Positions 38,934-39,130 of a DNA stretch of 39,130 nt are shown here, piece by piece. The notes beneath the pieces are model-generated. The model searched no databases and had not been told where the DNA came from. It saw nothing but the letters and a program-made list of their open reading frames with translations. Position numbers and translations under genes: made by a program. Each line of letters starts with the position of its first letter. The stretch's first letter is position 1. Origin of the DNA: Promethearchaeota archaeon (GTDB taxonomy: Archaea; Asgardarchaeota; Lokiarchaeia; Sigyniarchaeales; SOKP01); NCBI GenBank assembly GCA_008080735.1, contig SHMW01000031.1, positions 1,293 to 40,422 of the forward strand, written 5' to 3'.

Positions 38934-39130
38934 CTATATTAATTTTTTAAACGTTTTTTGGGCAGAGAGTACCTCTTCTCGGAGAGATTCAAGCCCGTCT
39001 CTTAAGGTATTTTTAATTTTATGGCCATCTTTTAACTTAATAAATATCTTTGGAGCCTCTATGTCTGTTTTTTTATAGGCTGCCAGATCCACACCCTCTA
39101 AATTTAGTAAATGTTTAACTAATACGTTAA
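38934..39130 (-). CDS. rpoL: RNA polymerase subunit L (Rpo11), C-terminal part
   Basis: Manual translation NVLVKHLLNLEGVDLAAYKKTDIEAPKIFIKLKDG...FKKLI*; resembles Rpo11 (V..AAY..P.I.I, terminal helix). Start lies outside the window. Confidence 0.65.
   Translation of the reverse strand, partial: NVLVKHLLNLEGVDLAAYKKTDIEAPKIFIKLKDGHKIKNTLRDGLESLREEVLSAQKTFKKLI

Noticed and set aside
1-39130. CRISPR arrays, tRNA and rRNA genes
   Set aside because: No regularly spaced repeats, cloverleaf or rRNA-like stretches seen by eye.

Overview
AT-rich archaeal chromosomal window, most consistent with an Asgard archaeon (Lokiarchaeia-like; inferred from an Arf/Rab-like small GTPase, the histone type, split Rpo1 and gene content). 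Core information-processing genes: rpoA'(with a 510-aa LAGLIDADG intein)-rpoA''-rpl30e-nusA-[inserted membrane gene]-rps12-rps7; rpl44e-rps27e; TFS and a small RPA14-like OB protein divergent from PCNA-priL-priS-gins15, convergent with nop10-aIF2alpha; a stand-alone EF-1alpha; and a partial rpoL with RNase III-like and DUF99 genes. Metabolic genes: geranylgeranyl reductase family, ilvC, pyrB, GPH-type MFS transporter, arginase, tandem membrane-anchored flavodoxin-like genes, CDP-alcohol phosphotransferase, SAM methyltransferase, DsrE-like. The left end is accessory: a stop-interrupted S26-peptidase-like frame, two probable toxin-antitoxin pairs around a histone, and an orphan IS200/IS605 right-end-like remnant. 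Best candidate for an undescribed system: a wHTH + ATP-cone + apparently catalytically dead class III ribonucleotide reductase fusion (18280-20190), a possible nucleotide-sensing transcription regulator, with palindromes upstream. All calls come from motif reading; no database searches were run.
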